Shown: in pieces, positions 63,085-64,000 of the stretch
How positions within the stretch are numbered: the stretch's first letter is position 1
How the letters are laid out: each line of letters opens with the position of its first letter
Assembly (NCBI GenBank): GCA_964188305.1
Contig: OZ076895.1
DNA: 64,000 bases
DNA from: Podarcis bocagei
Lineage: Eukaryota
Strand: one strand, 5' to 3'
Notes under the pieces: model-generated
What the model was told of the DNA's origin: nothing
The model's database searches: none
What the model saw: only the letters and a program-made list of their open reading frames with translations
Program-made: the position numbers and the translations under genes

Positions 63085-64000
63085 ATATTGCCATACGTCT
63101 GGAGTTAAGGATTGCATCATTGGAGACTGTCATCTGGAAGCGAGTCTCTGGCTATTGGCTGTCCAGCTGGCATAGGCTTCCCAACCATTACCTTTTCCAG
63201 TGCCTCTGGCGGGACGACTTTGTCAATCCGTGGGTAGGAAAAATCCATGCCAAACTTCTGAGCATCGGAATTTCCCCAGCGGACTCCTTAAAGATGAACT
63301 TATGCTCAGCCAAAAGCCTTATAGAGCAAAGATTAGCTGACATTGAAAATCAACACAACCTCGCCTGGGGTGGGGGTGTCTGCTCCCCCATGTATCACGG
63401 AATAACCCCACCACTTGGCCTTCCATCATACATGTCATCTCTTTCATCTGTACCACACCGACTTGCATTTATTCGTGAAAGGTTCAATGTCCTTCCATCG
63501 AACCTGCTGAGCCACAGATTTTCCAGGTGTTTGGTGTCTCCACTATGCCTGTGTGACGGGAAAACTGTTGAATCTCTTCCACATATAATGTTCAACTGTC
63601 CCCTACATAGCATAGCCAGGACTAAATTCCTGGGTCCTGTTTTATTGCGCTTGGTTGGCAGGCCTGTTGAGTCACACGCCGCACTACTTTTGCAGGATAC
63701 AGATTCTTCTGTAACTCTGCAGGTGGCGAGATTCCTGAACGCGGTTATCTCACACACAAAAACCACCAAAAAACAACAACAACATCAAAAACTAATCGGA
63801 CAGTTATGATGAGAGTGCATGTTGGATCTCGTCTTCAGTTTTCCTTTTTCTGCGATCCGTCCCTTGGAGCTCTCCGGGCCCCAAGATGTTATTTGGCTCT
63901 GCTCAATGACCCACCCTTGCATCGTGGCGTTCACCTTTTGGTGTCGAATATATCAGTCTCTATGCCTCTGTCCTTTTTTGTTTGTACATATTTTATGGGC
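63085..64000 (+). mobile_element. 5'-truncated non-LTR retrotransposon ORF2 C-terminus (RTE-X-like), probably continuing past the window end
   Basis: IRLEL..I..R..YW..RLAFIRERFNVLP..CLCDGKTVESLPHIMFNCPLHSIARTKFL is a LINE-type CCHC zinc knuckle. The frame is open to the stop at 63809. Clade assignment is tentative. Confidence 0.75.

Larger units (their letters stand above)
55953..64000 (-). other. EXOC4: Upstream EXOC4 intron (continues past the window end)
   Basis: No further EXOC4-like exon seen upstream of the acceptor at 55953. Confidence 0.75.

Noticed and set aside
1-64000. CRISPR arrays, operons or prokaryotic defence systems
   Set aside because: The sequence is vertebrate intronic DNA with no regularly spaced repeat-spacer array. 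The RT and GIY-YIG belong to a Penelope element, not a retron or group II intron.

Overview
Vertebrate nuclear DNA from a squamate reptile, probably a lacertid lizard (inferred from Sauria SINEs, BovB and CR1/L2 content). The window lies inside the minus-strand gene EXOC4 (Sec8). Two internal coding exons are present, 55807-55952 (146 nt) and 52353-52441 (89 nt), and they splice in frame to [78 protein letters not shown](G). The rest is intron, filled with transposable elements and unique stretches that may be conserved non-coding elements. Highlights: (1) a young Penelope-like element (RT + GIY-YIG) nested in an L2 fragment, carrying a minimal hammerhead-ribozyme motif in EXOC4-sense orientation, plus a second copy of that terminus forming a ~72-bp hairpin; (2) a full-length 1.83-kb L1-type non-autonomous (HAL1-like) element with CpG-rich 5' end, splice donors and an intact 201-aa ORF, ~4.5 kb upstream of an EXOC4 exon that starts with an in-frame ATG; (3) a near-consensus REST/NRSF RE1 site; (4) a 2.9-kb hAT shell with several nested insertions, a solo LTR inside a CR1, and many MITEs and SINEs. 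Family names come from my recall of repeat consensus features, not from a database search. Boundaries of degraded repeats are approximate.
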